A stretch of 64,000 nt of DNA. Source: Octopus vulgaris (taxonomy: Eukaryota). Location: the NCBI GenBank assembly GCA_951406725.2, contig OX597827.1, positions 39,060,001 through 39,124,000 on the forward strand, written 5' to 3'. Within the stretch, counting starts at the first letter, position 1, and every line of letters starts with the position of its first letter. Below the pieces are notes generated by a model, which worked only from the letters and a program-made list of their open reading frames with translations, was not told the origin of the DNA and ran no database searches. This document shows positions 40,346-55,300 of this stretch, piece after piece. A program made the translations under genes and the position numbers.

Positions 40346-41372
40346 ATTATTAATTATACTAATAAAGTCCCATTCAAATCTTAGGAGTGATTATGTGACT
40401 CATTCGCTTCCTCAAAATTTCTGACCTTGTACCTACATTAAAAATATTGGTATTGCTTTTTGACTACTGCATTGTAGTTTGAAACCAAATTGTTGATAGT
40501 TTGCTTCTTTCAAGGATTAAAAAAAAATTTTTTTTTGTGTTTCATCTTTTGGGGCTGACCTCAGCTACAAGTGTTAGGTCAGTTTGTTTCTCACTTCACT
40601 GGGGCCATACCTCTTATTAAAAAAAAGTTTCACAAAAAAGTGATAATAAATAAAAGAAAATAAACAATAATATAAAGTGTTGTTCTCCAACAAATTTATG
40701 GTCAAGCCAGTGGCAGTTGATCCTTCTGGTGTTCTTAGCCCCTGGACCATATCTCTGCTCACCACTATCAGGGCAGAGATTGCTATCTGTAAGTGCAAGT
40801 TCTGTGAGTCAGAGTGGTTATTTCAGCACATCTCTCACTATCTTTTGGGGCAACACCTTTTCCATTTTGTCTGCTGATACCATGAGAAGTGTTTTCATAT
40901 TGTGAGAGGCAAGATTCTTTGCTAATCCTTCTATTTACATATACACACACCATACAAAGATCAATGCACTCACTAAAAGTAAACACAGATGGTATCATGT
41001 TTGAAAGCTGAACAAGAGAGGAAGGTGGGAATCAGTGAGGGGAGTTGCTTACTTTTACTCCTTTCACTGAGGAAGACATTGATGTAGCCCAATCAGCAAT
41101 GACACTTCCATCACCACGACCACCACTGATGTCACACAGATGCTCTTGAGGAGAAGACAAAAAGGAGCAGCAGTAATAACCACCACCCATCTGCCAAGAA
41201 TCAGCAACAACAACCAAAAGTGAGGAGAAAATTATCATCATCATCATCATCATTGCTACCATCACTACAAGCTCAACAAATTGGCCAAATACTACAACAC
41301 TAAGCAATACAATCACCACTATTTCCCTGTGATAACTAGCAATGTCACCTCTGAAGCCAGCAGCAGCAACAA

Positions 41373-41715
41373 GTGGAGGCGCAATGGCCCAATGGTTAGG
41401 GCAGTGGACTCGTGGTTTCGATTCCCAGACCGGGCGTTGTGTGTGTTTATTGAGCGAAAACACCTAAAGCTCCACGAGGCTCCAGCAGGGGGTGGTGGCG
41501 ACCCTTGTTGTACTCTCGCTCCAACTTTCTCTGTCTTTCTTCCTGTTTCTTGTCCCCGACTTTCTACGCAACCACTGAGCCTGGATGCTCATTCATCCAT
41601 CTGTCGATGCTCTCGGTGTCAGGGGTTGACTTGCTTTGTCTTCTGCGGGTCTTACGAATAGCAAAGGACCACGTTTTGGACCTCTCCCACTGGGACGAAG
41701 ACCACTTCGCTCAAC
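41373..41715 (+). mobile_element. SINE family B head with a distinct tail
   Basis: Head gtggaggcgcaatggcccaatggttagggcag...ttcgattccc; flanked by cagcaacaa on both sides. Confidence 0.7.
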
Positions 41716-42646
41716 AGCAACAACAAAAACACCAGAAGCTATAGCTATAACAAAGTAGCTTTTCATTTGTGAGTGTAACAAAAGCAACAGGTGACTGGAG
41801 ATGAAAGAAGAATAATTAAATGAAGCAGGAGGGCTCATCCAAAAGGATAGAAAAGACCTTGACTGTGCATGGTGATATACTAGTTCATAACTATAAAAGC
41901 CAGAGGATTAAAAAGCCTAAGTAGAGAAGTGCTGCAGGAGGAACATTGGGGATGAAAGTGAAGGTGATGGATATGTTAACCAAAAAAATTAGCTTCTGAT
42001 GGCTGGTGGCAGCTGTTTCAGGAAATGAAGAGGCTGAAACAGCAATCCTTGATGCACTCTAGCTACAGCAGATCAGAAAGAGAATTAGAGCTCCTCATCC
42101 AACTGGATCAAGGAAAGCTTGTAGGCACCCCCAAATTGGTAGCATTGTCAAATAGTACCCAGGTGTTTGTAGTAGGAAGAGAGTTAAGGTGCTTACCATC
42201 TAACAACTTTCTGTCCTTAGTAGGGGGCAAAACAGGAAACTATCACTGCTGCTACCACCATAAGGTTCAGTCCTTGCTGTGGTGTGATGGCTTGTGTACA
42301 TCAATGACCCTGAGAAAATTCCAGGGGAGGACAAACTCTAGATAGGGTTTCCGATGTTGGACTGAACAGATCAAAAAGTAAAAGCCAAACTAATAAGGAC
42401 CACCTTTTCCCAGAGATAAAAACAGATTTGCATAGGGCCCCTACTTAGGAAAAAAAGAGCAAAGTTACAGAAGCATTGATGACAATTCAAAACCAACAAG
42501 ACCTGGGAGAGGAAGGCCTTCTCTAAGAGAAACATGATGCAGCACAACGAAAGCTGAAAGGCAGAGCTGTAAAAGCTGGAATCTAACTGGGAAGAAGTAG
42601 AGCCAAGAGCAGTGGAGAAAAGTTGTTGATGGCCTATGTTCCTAGG

Positions 42647-43153
42647 CAGCGGTCACCAAACTATGGTCCGTGGCCAGATCTGTCCCACCATCACTGCACT
42701 GTAAAGTACTGGCAATGAGAGTTCATTTGCCTCTGGTATGGCATCACTGTTTAGAACAACTTACATATTTGGGCAAACATTTTCAAAAATGAGGTATGTG
42801 AAGTCAGCACATCGAACAAGGTTGACTGATGAACATTTGAAAGCAATTCTCTTGGTTGGATGCAGCAATTCCAAAGCAAATATTGATGATATCTTAAAAG
42901 CTAAAGACCAGTTTCACAAATCACACTAACCTTTTTTTCTGCTTAATTTATGAGATTTGGATATGTGTGCACTGGGTGTGATATAACTCTTATTGTTAAC
43001 GTTGCCTTCTTTGATAAATTTTTGGTAAATAATGTTGGTTGTCTTTATTTTTTGTATAATCACTGTATTGTATTGAACAAAATAGTTATGTGGTTGCACT
43101 CATCATTCTCTCAGTTATCTGGGCCCACCGTGAAAAAAGTTTGATGACCCCTG
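42647..43153 (+). mobile_element. Internally deleted hAT (Charlie/SPIN-like) element retaining the transposase C-terminal dimerisation segment
   Basis: TIRs cagcggtcaccaaa / tttgatgacccctg; ORF 42738..42929 SLFRTTYIFGQTFSKMRYVKSAHRTRLTDEHL; imperfect 8-bp TSD ttcctagg / ctcttagg; inserted in an RTE-like 3' end. Confidence 0.8.
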
Positions 43154-44049
43154 CTCTTAGGGATTGAAGAGGCTTAAGTAAATAACACTGCTGCCAACCC
43201 CACATTTACAGCAGTAGAAACATCGCAACTCCATTAAAAAAAAAAATGAAAAACAACCAAAAGCATCTTAGCATGCCCTCTCCGGTAAAACACAAACACA
43301 TGAGCATACTTACCTTCATCACTTTCAGATCAAACTACTCAGATCCTGAGATGTGGTGAAGTTAAAATGAAAGCCACTTATCTTAGTTAGTGGCGAAGAA
43401 GAGAATAACAGTCTCCCCACCACTACCTCAAGCTGAAAGCCAGAAAGTCCAACAGAAAGGCAAAGAACTCATCAAACAGCCACATGCACAAACCACTACT
43501 ACTACTACAACAAACATAAGAATAATCAAAATAACAGCTAAATCAGCAACCCCACTACCACCAACAACAACACAAACACAACATCACTAAAACATTAAAA
43601 GAAACAAAACTGCAACACCAACAGCCAAAAACAAAACCCCTCCTTAACAAGTTCACTGTTGTAAATAGAAACAACAAAGAGTTGATGAGGTACATGGCAC
43701 AATGCAGAATAAAAAAAATACACAAAAGTGGTGACCTTCGAAGAGTTCATTATTAAAACTCTCAGCACATAGATTTCTGTTTAAAATGTTAATAGCTTTC
43801 TACATGATACTGAAAGGAAAATTCCCATATGACATGGGAATGTTTTGCAGTGGAGAGGATAAGAACCTTTTGGAGAAGCCTTTTCGAGACCTTTCTCAGT
43901 TAAGAAGACAAGATTATACATATATCATCATGACTATAGTGACTTCTTACTTCTTTTATTTTGTCTAATATGGTAATATTCAGGATAGGTTGTACAAAAT
44001 GCATGCAACCCAGAGTTGACCTCAAAGTAAGGTCATTTGCTCAATGACC

Positions 44050-46170
44050 TAAGGTTAGTAGATATAGATATGGCAGCTGTCGGTGAGACTAGGATTTCCA
44101 GAATGCATGCACATGCATCAATCTTCAATGCACACATCTTTCATTTAGCACAGATCAGGTGGTGAGGTGGCAATGTTGTTTCACAAAAGTTTGGAACTCA
44201 AAGTATGAACAATCTTCCTGGACCCAAACAGAAACTTGATACTGGATGTGAACAGCACTGATGGTGGTACAGCGCCTTCAGGCTATTGGCTATTTATGCA
44301 CTGACTGGAGTAGGGTGGTCAAATTTTTTCAGGCAACTAAGAATGTTCTTCTTGTTCCACTCTTCAACAGAAAATGAATTCCTTGATAAAATGTTAAGCC
44401 AGCACCAATTGTTTGACAGGTAGAGACTGGATATCCTAAATACATCAACATGGACATTAAGTCATCCACATTGGATCTAAACAGAGTATTTGTTAAGTCA
44501 GCAGATAGAGATAGTATAAGGTATCTACAATTTCATTTGGTTGGTGATACAAAACTGATCTGCATGGCTGACTTTGATACGGTGCATCAACAGGAAACCA
44601 GTTACTGAAAGCTGAGTCCGTGGTTGCTTGCATGGATTGGATTAATGAATTAGTTAATTAGCAGTTGATAGGGCACTTATAAACTGGTGGTGGTAAGTCA
44701 CTCAGCAGTGGACAGTTAGAGCAGAATTGATGGGATTTATCAGAGTGGTAGTGACAGAGAAAAATAGATTAAAGACAGAGTGAGCAATTAGTAATGTCAT
44801 CATGTCTGATGTACTAGCAGTGAGAATGGTATGTAACTTTATTGCAAAACATGAAGATTTTATTGGCAGAGTTAAATGTATATGTGCTTATACATGTTTG
44901 ATAGGCCAGGTTTACAGAGCTATGATGTAACAACGAAACCAGAATTTGGTATTTGGCAGAGTAGCACTGGTATGCTATTTGATTTCAGGAAGATGTTTAT
45001 GGCCTTTCAGTGGTGTTTTGCTCAACTGTTGGGTACAAACAGCAGTTTGCACCATACAGTTGAGTAAACTGGTGACAGTACTTTTATACCTACATCAATG
45101 GCCTGCTATGGCTCATGGTTGACCTACAGTTGGTTGTTACTGAGCAGGTGAGGGAAATAACTCAGCTTGGATGTTCTGCCCTATGAGCTTTATGATCACA
45201 TACCAAAGTTTTTAACTAACCTCATGCAAGATGCCTACTGCAACTGGAAGTAAAGTGGGAGAATTACCGGTTCTATGAGCTGAGATGTCGAAGTACTACT
45301 GAGGCAGGATCAGAACAAAAGAGACATTATCAATAAATTCTAGCCCATAATTGCTGAGCGCAGAGTTTAAGATATTGGCCAAGATGCTAGCAAAGTGGTT
45401 GGTGTTTATCATCAGGAAAGTGCATATCTGAGCAACCCTGACTTCTACTTTGTGATACACTAAAGAGAGAATTTCAGTGGATCAGTTGAAAGCTTTCAGT
45501 TGTGTTAATCTTAATTCTTCATGACTGTCCCCAGTGCAACCAGTTTTGGTCCTGTTTTAAGAGGCTGGATAACTTCAATGTACAGTAGAATCCTCTAGAT
45601 GTTGAGGTTAAATGATCATCTATTGGAACCATTTTGAATCATGTGCTTAGTGCATCTGTAGACGAAATGTGTGATTCATTTATCTCTTTATGTAGACTCT
45701 CGAGGTTAACTGTTGTAGAAGCTGGTGGTGTTAATGGGTATCCTGTTTAGATTGCGATACGGATGAATGATGTAGGTATATGAAGATGATGTCACACAGT
45801 GGTGTTGGGCACCATGGAGGTGAAATAAATCAATACCATACTAAATGAATATCAGGTGATGTCAGGAGCAAAAATTTAACTGGACAAGTTGGTGAGCTTG
45901 TAGCATGGTACCTGAACAAGCAAGTCCCTATTGTGCAGTGCTAGACCAATGAGTTGGTTCACTTTATGAAATAGGATGAAACTGTGAGCAGTGTGCAAAA
46001 GTGGGCCGAGATGAAACTATTCCTGAATGACTGGATCAAGGCAAAAAAATGAACACTTCCTCTCTGTTGTGTATTATTGCCTCATTATTGTCTTGCTCCA
46101 GCTTTTGTCTGACCAGACTGGAACATCAGCACTTTTACTTCTTAAGGAAAAGACGTTCTACTTATCTATC
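44050..46170 (+). mobile_element. Highly degenerate Tx1/L1-clade LINE ORF2 (endonuclease plus RT)
   Basis: Remnants AVGETRI, GGEVAMLFHK, FRLLAIYA, LNRVFV, LLSAEFKILAKMLAK, VDQLKAF, VYEDDVT, YQVMSGAKI; an ORF1-like low-complexity region may extend upstream to ~43200. Confidence 0.6.
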
Positions 46171-47946
46171 CTCTGCACATCATCAGCCATGGCAATAACA
46201 AGCCCTCTATACAGACAATCACTGAGGCTGTAACACCTGCAATGATTCTTGGACAGTTAGCAGGTGTGGTTCACCTTTTATCATGTACATTTTCATAAAT
46301 TTTGTCTGTATGATATAACTGCAAACAAAAATCATGAGAGGAAATGAGGGTGGAGGAGGAGGTGCTGTCATCCAGTAAATTCGATTAAAGGTGGGTGAGA
46401 ATTGAGAGCAGGGCTTGAGTGAGTGAGCCTACTATCAGTATATACCTGTAGGTCCAGAGAACATGATTGGAAAAAGCACTTTCCCTTTGTAGTTAAGATA
46501 ATCCTGGACTTGAGAGGTTCCCTGATTGATTCTAGGAGACTTTTATATAATTGTATGCTATGCATACTGTAGCTCTTCATTCATTAATTTCAATTTATAT
46601 ATAAATTCCCATGATTTTTGTAGCATGTCCTTATAATGCTCCCTTCATCTATTGCTCTAGTGAAAATAAATTATTATTATTATTATTATCAGTATTTAAG
46701 GTAGTAAACTGGCAGAATCATTAGCATGCTTAATGGCATTTCATCTATCTTCGTGTTCTGAGTTCAAATTTTGTTGAGGTAGACTTTGCCTTTCATCCTT
46801 CCGGGATTGATAAAATAAATACCAGTTGAGTACTGGAGGGTAATGTAACCGACTAATCCTCTTGCCCCACAATTTCAGGCCTTGTACCTAGAGTAAAAAG
46901 GTTTATTATTATTATTATTATTATTATTATTGCTAGTAATAAGTGTAATGGTTTCTAACATAGGCAGAAAGGAATGGATTTCAGGGGAGGGATATATTTG
47001 ATTTGACTCCAGTATTTCATTTTTATTTCATTAACTTCGGGAGATCAAACGACAAAGGTGAGTGAACTCAACAAACTCGAGACATAAAGTGACATAAGTT
47101 AATGAATCACTCTTGAAACAAAATTTTTTTCTGCCTGATATCAGTGTATGTAACAACAATAAAAAAAGCAGGGAGTGGGGGATTGCATTTTTTGTAGTTC
47201 TTAATTTAAGGTGGTGAAAAATGCTGGTATTTAAAAAAAAACTTCATTATCAATTAGAGAGGAAAATAAAATTCTTCCTAAATTCAAGACATCTTACCAC
47301 AGTTGGAAAATATTACACGCACAAAGTTTGTCATTATATACATAATGTTTAGTCATACAAAACAAGAGTACTTAATACATGCTTATAGTGGAAGTGCATA
47401 GCATCTATTGTATGTATCTGCTTATTTATGTGTGTATAGCAACTTGGATTATTTCTAGTTGCTATATTCACAAATACACATATTGAAAAAAAAATGTGAG
47501 GGTGAAGTCTGACAAAAAGATGAAATAAAAAAATAGCAGGCAATTATATACATACATATATACACATTGTGTTAGGTGTAAGAAACTAATACTCAATATC
47601 AAGAAGTAGAGTATGAAAATTTTTTTATTTGTAATATACAGATAACTTCTCATCACTAACAGGTTGAGTTTTGTATCGATGGAGTTGGTTTACTGATTTC
47701 TTTTTTCACTTGGCCAGTGGACTGACAGTAATCCGGGACAAACAAATATTTGTTTGTGCAGACTTACAGCCAAATCTCTTGTCAGTTAAAAGAATATCAG
47801 TAGACCAACTTCACTGATAGGAAACCTTAGGTACCAGTGATGAAAGGTTGACTGTAATTTACGTTATATACACATACACACATATCTATATATGTACATC
47901 CAAAAAACCATGCAAGCATGAATAAACAGATAACAATAGCATCAAA

Positions 47947-48012
<66 letters not shown>

Positions 48013-49270
48013 TACATACACACACACGCAGACACACACATACAATGCATGTATTGAGCCTCAGATAGTTGTGGTTGTAATTGTGAATGTGGAGACTAGC
48101 TGTGGTTGAGGAAGGGGCATAAACTGAGGTAGAAATTGATGAAAATATTATGAAAAGGAGAAACTTAATAACACTCGAGGGAAGGAGAGAGCGAAGGGGT
48201 AAAGATTGAGACAAAATTAACTAATCGAGAAATAATGTTTTGTTCTGACCATCTAGAAATTACTAAATTAATATATATATATGTTCATATCTGCACATGT
48301 CAACATTTTCACTAACATATTGTTAGAGTTCAAGTGAATTGTAATTTTTAGCAGCAGTTTTACACACACAAATTCATCGTCATCACCATTCCATACAACA
48401 GTAATATCTTTACCACACATGCATCATTACCATTTACACACACTCACCCACACCATTATATGTGGGTAGATACATCTACTCACTGACCATCAGCATCATT
48501 ATCATTACCATCATTGTCACGCAGTTTTTAGTAAAAAAAAAAAAAAAAAATTAAAACAAATGAAACATTAGCACACAGCTGGTATTTTTTGTTTGCCCTT
48601 TCCTTTTTTTTTGTTGTATTGCTCTGTCCACCAATGTCCCTCAGGTGTATCTGCATCCACCCACTAATGCCCACCACATGTGTGTGTGTGTCTATTATCC
48701 ATCAATATCCATCACGATGTATGCCTATGTCCACCAACATCCATCAAGTGAGTCTATGTCCATCATCAAACCTTTTTTTTTTTATCCCTTCCCAATCCCC
48801 ACCCATCACCAACTTTGCACTGACCGTTTCTGGAAGGGTCAGTGTAGGGTCGACAGCTCTGCACACTCATCACAACCCATTCCCAACCCATCAAAAGACC
48901 TCCCCAAATAACCCCAACCCCAAACAGAACTGTTTCCAAAATCTTCAACAGAGATCTGAGAGAGAGGTGAGGTGAGGTGAGGGGCACGCAAGGAAGCAGA
49001 GGAGCGAAGGGTCAGCTGGGAGGAGGAGGAGTTGAAAGAAATGGAAACAGAACTGCTTTATTGCTCATTAGCATATTAAAAAAAAAACGAACAACAAAAA
49101 AAGCCCACCCCCACTCCATTCTAATTGCTAAAAAAAATTATTAATAGCAACTAAATTCATTATTTGCATTTGTTCAATGTTTTTTTTATGTGGATTTTTG
49201 TTTTGAGTTCTTTTCATTTTTGATTTACTTTTCTTTAGCTTATTTTTGTCTTTTGGTTTTGTATATTTTT

Positions 49271-49358
49271 TCAGTCTATTTTGATAGTTTTGCTGTACTG
49301 TTCCTGTGGCTTTCTTCTTAAAGATTCTTTTGCCTGTGTCCGTTTCAACTGACCATCC
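49271..49358 (-). CDS. GPAT3/4: GPAT3/4 last coding exon (WDGQLKRTQAKESLRRKPQEQYSKTIKID*)
   Basis: Acceptor ttctctctcttcag; TGA stop at 49273-49271; WDGxLKR conserved in the family. Confidence 0.9.
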
Positions 49359-52300
49359 CTGAAGAGAGAGAAAAGTGAAATGTTAAAAAAAAATAACAAA
49401 TATAGGTAAAGCAAAAATAGAAGTTGAAAAGGAATGTTTTTTGTTAAACTTTTTGTTGCTATGTCTATATTGCTTCAATTTTCTTTTATTCTTTTATTTG
49501 TTTCAGTGATTTGACTGCGGCCATGCTGGAGTACCGCTTTTAGTCAAGCAAATCGACCCCAGGACTTATTCTTTGTAAGCCTAGTACTTATTCTATCATT
49601 CTCTCTCACCGAACCACCTAAGTGACGGGAACATAAACACACCAGCGTCAGTTGTCAAGCGATGCTGGGACTACAAACACAGACACACAAACATATACAC
49701 AGACATACATACATATATATACAACAGGCTTTTTTTAGTTTCCATCTACCAAATCGACTCGCAAGGCTTTGGTTGGCCTGAGGCTATAGTAGAAGACACT
49801 CGCCCTAGGTACCACGCAGTGGGACTGAACCTGGAACCATGTGGTTGGTAAGCAAGCTACTTACCACACAGCCACTCCTGATTAAAAAAAATAACTGTCA
49901 TTATTAAGATGGTGTATATAAGGCAGTGAGCTGGCAGAACCATTAGCATGCCGAACAGCAATTCGACTGTCTTTACATTCCAAGTTAAAATTTCATCAAG
50001 GTTGACTTTGCCTTTCATCTTTTTGGGGGTCAATAAAATAAGTTTTAGTCTTACACAGGGGTTGATATAATCGTCTACCCTGCTCTCCCAAAATTTCAGG
50101 CCTTGTGCCCATTAGTATAAACTGGCATTTGGAATATAAATTAAAATGAAATTTTGATGGGAGGTTTTAACTTAGATCACTTTAGAACAGGAAATTTGCA
50201 TCTTAGAACTAGGGGCAGTTTCAAGTGGGTTCTTATTAAAAGAAAGAGAAGCGTTAAGTGATTTTGACAGTAAATCAGTTAAATTAACTTTATTCACACA
50301 CACATGCACACATATACACATATGTATGTGGGCAAGAGTAAATGGCTGATGGTTATTCTAGTTCTTTGATCAATAGAACAGTTTACAGCTAAAATACTTA
50401 GTTAACCAACTGCAGTGAATTTGAACTCCTTATGAGAACTACTAGTAAGTTATTTGTAAAGACTTTGATGTTAGGATTTGTGGCTAAAACATTTGCTGTC
50501 ATATCACTTACCATTCCAAGTCCACTAATCCTCCTTTTCTAGCAATTTCAGCTTTTACTCTGTTAGCGAATGACACGGCATCTTCGCCGTCCTACAAAGA
50601 GAATAATTTTTTTTAAACAAATTAATAAATAATCATATGAAGATGATGAACATGGTTGAAAAAGTAAGGATGAGGGCCTGCAAAATTATTGGGTGAGGGT
50701 ATTTTTGGATGAGGCCAATTTATTGATCTCCAGCACTTACACCAATACTTATTTTGGGTGAGGATAAAGTCAATTTAAACTATCTCCAGTATTTAGACTA
50801 GTACTTATTTTAGGAAAGAATTCAGTTGATTAAACCTCATCCCCTTTCAGCACAAAAATCTGTTATTCCTGATTGGATTTGAACAGAAAATGTAAAAGGA
50901 TGTAACTAAATATTACAAAGCACTTTCTCTAATGCTTTAATGATTCTGCCACTCCACTGTCTTGCAGGAAAGAATAATAAAGCACCAAGATAATTGTGTT
51001 ACAGAGTTAATATTTGAACATCTTAAGTTCAAATTGTTTAGCTAACATATGAACATCCTGCCTTCCATTTAAAAGAAATATCTTTTTGGTGGCAGAATTA
51101 GTATTCTATTGCACTGAAATATTTTATAGTATTTAGTTGTCCCTCTACATCCATAAACAAAAAAAAAATGATGATTTTTCACCAGTCTAAATCCCAGTAA
51201 AATTCAAGTTATTCTTTAGCTCCCACCAGAATGCTAAGTACTGTATGCAGTTGTTTATCCTTAAGTCAGATCATTGAGCAAACTCATGATTCAAAGCATT
51301 TCAGTCTTGGCCTTTTAAGGATAACAAAGACTAAAACATTTAATGTTATAGTACTAGCTACAGCAGGGTGTAATCTGAGTGAGATTTAGCTCAACTGTGT
51401 ATATAAGGGTTCCTGTGTTGGCTTGTGACAAACATTAGTGCCGGTAATGCAGTGGGATTAAATCATGCAACCACATACTGCCCTGTTTACAATTAATAAA
51501 CTTTTATAAGAGGTAGTGAAGTGACTCAAACTGCAGAGACTGGATTCAATGTTTAAAAGTTTGAATTAATCCACCCCAAGTTCAAACTATTGGTCCCATC
51601 ATGGCCATTGTTTTTCCTACTGTCAAAGAATTGAGGTGGCTTAATTCAATCAACTTTACCCTTCCCATATAAATTTGTAGATTTGCACCAATATTGAAAA
51701 TTGACAATAAAACTTTTAGATATCGACTTTACCCTAGAAGGAATTTTAAATGATAGAATAAACTCACCATTTTTGTCATTGATGGTAGGTACCAAACATC
51801 ACAGACCAAGGCCCAGCTAGACATGATGTCACTCAAATGTCTGAGTAAATTGGCTTTGCTGCTGTTCCAGAATGCATCTCCGAATCTTGAATCATACTGA
51901 CAAGAAGTAAAAAAACAAAAAAACAAATTGTTAGCATGCTGAGCAAAATGCTTAGTAGAATTTTTGTTCATCTTTATGTTCTGAGTTCAAATTCCACCAA
52001 GGTCAACTTTATCTTTCATCTTTTTGGGGGTTGATTAAGTATCAGTTAAGCACTGGGGTTGATCTAATCAACTTAACCTCTCCTGAAATTTCTGGTCTTG
52101 TGCCAAAATATGAACCCATTATTATATATTATTAAAACCACCTTTGCCTTTCATCATTCAAGAACATCATTAGCATTTAACATCCACTTTTCTAATGCTT
52201 GCCTGAGTCAAAAAGAATTTGTTGAGGAAACTTTTCAAGAGCAAATACTCTTCCTGCTTCACATATTTCCAAGCAAAGGTAGTATTTTCCTATAGGTAGA

Positions 52301-55300
52301 CAAGCTTCTCACAGAAAACTGGAAATGAACAACCTTGATTGTATGATAATGATGATGCTCATTTACTACCATCATGTGATGCCTACATAAGGGTGTGTAC
52401 ATACACACACACTTCTTTAATTTTATTGTCTATCAAATCCACTCACAGAAATTTAGTCATAATTCAGTACCACAGGAATTGAACTTGACATGCTAATGAT
52501 TATGCCAACCCATTGCCATTTGAGCATAATTTTCCCCAAAATGTGGTCTTGTGCTTATTATTAGAAATCATTATTATAATTATTATTATAAGCATTGGAA
52601 AGGGCGAAAATGGTAGAGCATTTATCTCCACACTTCTGAATTCAGATCTTGCTATGGTAGATTCTAGTTTCATGTTCTTGTGGTTGATAAAATAAGCACC
52701 AGGTATATAGTGTAGTTGGTTCACCTGACTACATTCTGCTCACAGATTTGTGACCTTGTGTCTAATGCATGAAATCACAGTCAGGTAGAAAGAAGCCCAG
52801 CTATAAGTAGGTTCCATGAGGAGGTACAGTTTCTAGCAGTAGAAGATAGGTACAGATCACCAAGTCCTAAGTTATTACTATGGAAGAGTCAAATCTTAAC
52901 ACTGTAAGCAGGAGGAGAATGTTTAATCAACAAATGTTCCATTAGAGAAGCAGGCAGTGTTGAGTTTATATCACTGTTGGACTGGAGAAGATATCAAGTA
53001 ACAAGACACTTGAAAATCTTGACTGTAATTCAACTACAAGTATACCAAAGTTAGCTACGAGCAGATAGGGAATGCTTAAAGTTTTTAAGCAATTAAAACG
53101 GAAATTCAGAAGGTTTGAGAAACAGAGAGCATTTACAAATTTGGCAATTTGTACACTGTTGAAAGAATTGCTTTTTACATGTGGGACTATCTACCGACTA
53201 GTAAATAAACTGCCTTAGCAGATTCTCAGGCATGCAGAGTTATGTACCTTAACTAGACACACCAATACATGACATTTGCTGCATGGTTTGAACTCCTAGC
53301 TATATAATAAGATCAGTAGTCCCAATGCAATGGTTGTTAGCTGCAGCAGTGAACTCCTGTTCAATTGTCCAATTTAAAACCCCTGAAGGGCAGCAACTTC
53401 TTTTTTGAATATGTTGGTGGCCAGCAACACCTGATTTAGAACAAGGAAAGTATCTCCTTTCACAGATGTCAAAAAGGAAAGTAGTGCTGGTGATGATAAT
53501 GGATGGAGCTATTTAAATAAGAACATAAAAGCCCTAATCATCTTCTTATCATATTCTTTTATTCTTTTACCTGTTTCAGTTATTAAGCTGTGGCCATGCT
53601 GGGGTACTGTCCTAAAGAATTTTAGTTGAACAAATCAACCTCAGTACTTACTTTTTTAAAGTCTGGTACTTATTCTATTGGTCTCTTTTGCCAAACTTCT
53701 AAGTTATGGGGACATAAACATGGCAATACCAATGATTAAGCAGTGTTTGGACACACACACATAGACAACAGGCTTCTTTCAGTTTTCATCTACCAAATCT
53801 ATTCAAGGCATTGGAGGCTATAGAAAACACTTGTCCAAGATGCCATGCAGTGGGACTGAACCTGGAATTATGTGGTTGGAAAGCAAACCTCTTACCACAA
53901 AGCCATGCTTGTGCCTATAGCCTTGCCTATGTCTATATAATATCATTTATCAGAGGAAATCAAAAGTAATGGAGCAAGAATATCTACAAACATTCACACA
54001 CCCATGATAGCTTATTGTTTAAAATTTTATTGAAAACAAATTTTTCATGGTGTGGCCATGATTTGAAGTTCATTGAGTTTTGTTTTAAATAATTCAATGT
54101 TATGGCTTTTTTTTTTAGCAGTTTGTTCCATTAATTTTTAAAAATCAATTCCAGAATATTTGGTTCGTGTCCTGCAGGAAGTTGCAAAAATTATTCAGGC
54201 CTCATATTTGATAGGTATATTGATCCTCAGATGCCCACTTGATGTTCACAATATACTTATTGGACATCTGCCAGTAGTTCAATAAATGTCTTCTGGGCTG
54301 CTTGCAAAATCTCCCTTGAGACATATACTGGATATCCATTAGATATTTTTGCTTTTCTTCTGTGTTGCCTCTCTGATCCAGATACACTACCATAGCCTCA
54401 TTCCTAGTACAACTAACCAACACAATGCAGGACTTTCAGCATTATCTCCCCATGTTTATATGTCAACATTGATTTTCCCTTTAAGGTTGTTTTTAAATGG
54501 ACATTGCTGTAATGCAGTGAGGCTCCAGCTTATCTTATCTTATCCTTGTTGACAGTTTATTGACTGCATGATATTTTGGATGGAAGATAAGCGTGACCTT
54601 TATAAGAACATTGTCTAGTTCACTAAAGTCATTTGAGCTTTAAAGCTCAAAGGACATGTCAACATCCAACATCTACATGGTGAAATCAAGGAATGAAGCG
54701 TAGAGTACAATATGCTAGTAGAATACAGTTGCCAAAATACAACTGCTAAATACAATTACCCAAACACAATACTTGACTCAGTATCTTCCCAATGATATGA
54801 GTGGCTATTGAAACAAGACTGACCTGGCTGCCTCCATATCAATAATGAAAAACACTATAAATTACAACATTATGTGTATTGCTATTAAAAACATGAAATT
54901 AAAAAAAAAAACACCTGTATTTGTTAACTGTCAGGACACTGCATCCTTCAGAAATTCTATGCTTTCTTAAATATGGTAATGTACACCTGACATGCCTATG
55001 CACCTTTATTCTTTATGCCTCTTTCAATGTTCACTTTCCTATCTTTTGCGTATTTTATTGTGTATTGTGCATTGCCGTCTTTCTTTACTTGACTTATAGG
55101 TCTGCTCTCTGTCCCCTCTTTTAACCTTTTCTGATAAGTTGTAGTGTACTTGAGTATCAGTTATAGTAAAGCTTAAGATAAAAGAGACACTTACTTTAAT
55201 AGCTACAGGATAAATTGTTCTTCCAACTTCAAAACTACCTTTTTTGAACATCATCACTGAAGTGTTGTTTATACAGGTACCTGAAAAAGATACAAGGAAG

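Noticed and set aside
42820-42856. CTGATGA...GAAA hammerhead-like spacing
   Set aside because: Lies in hAT transposase coding sequence (LTDEHLKA); stems I-III do not pair
49271-49295. Di-lysine ER-retrieval motif at the GPAT C-terminus
   Set aside because: SKTIKID has K at -3 and -6, not the canonical KKxx or KxKxx
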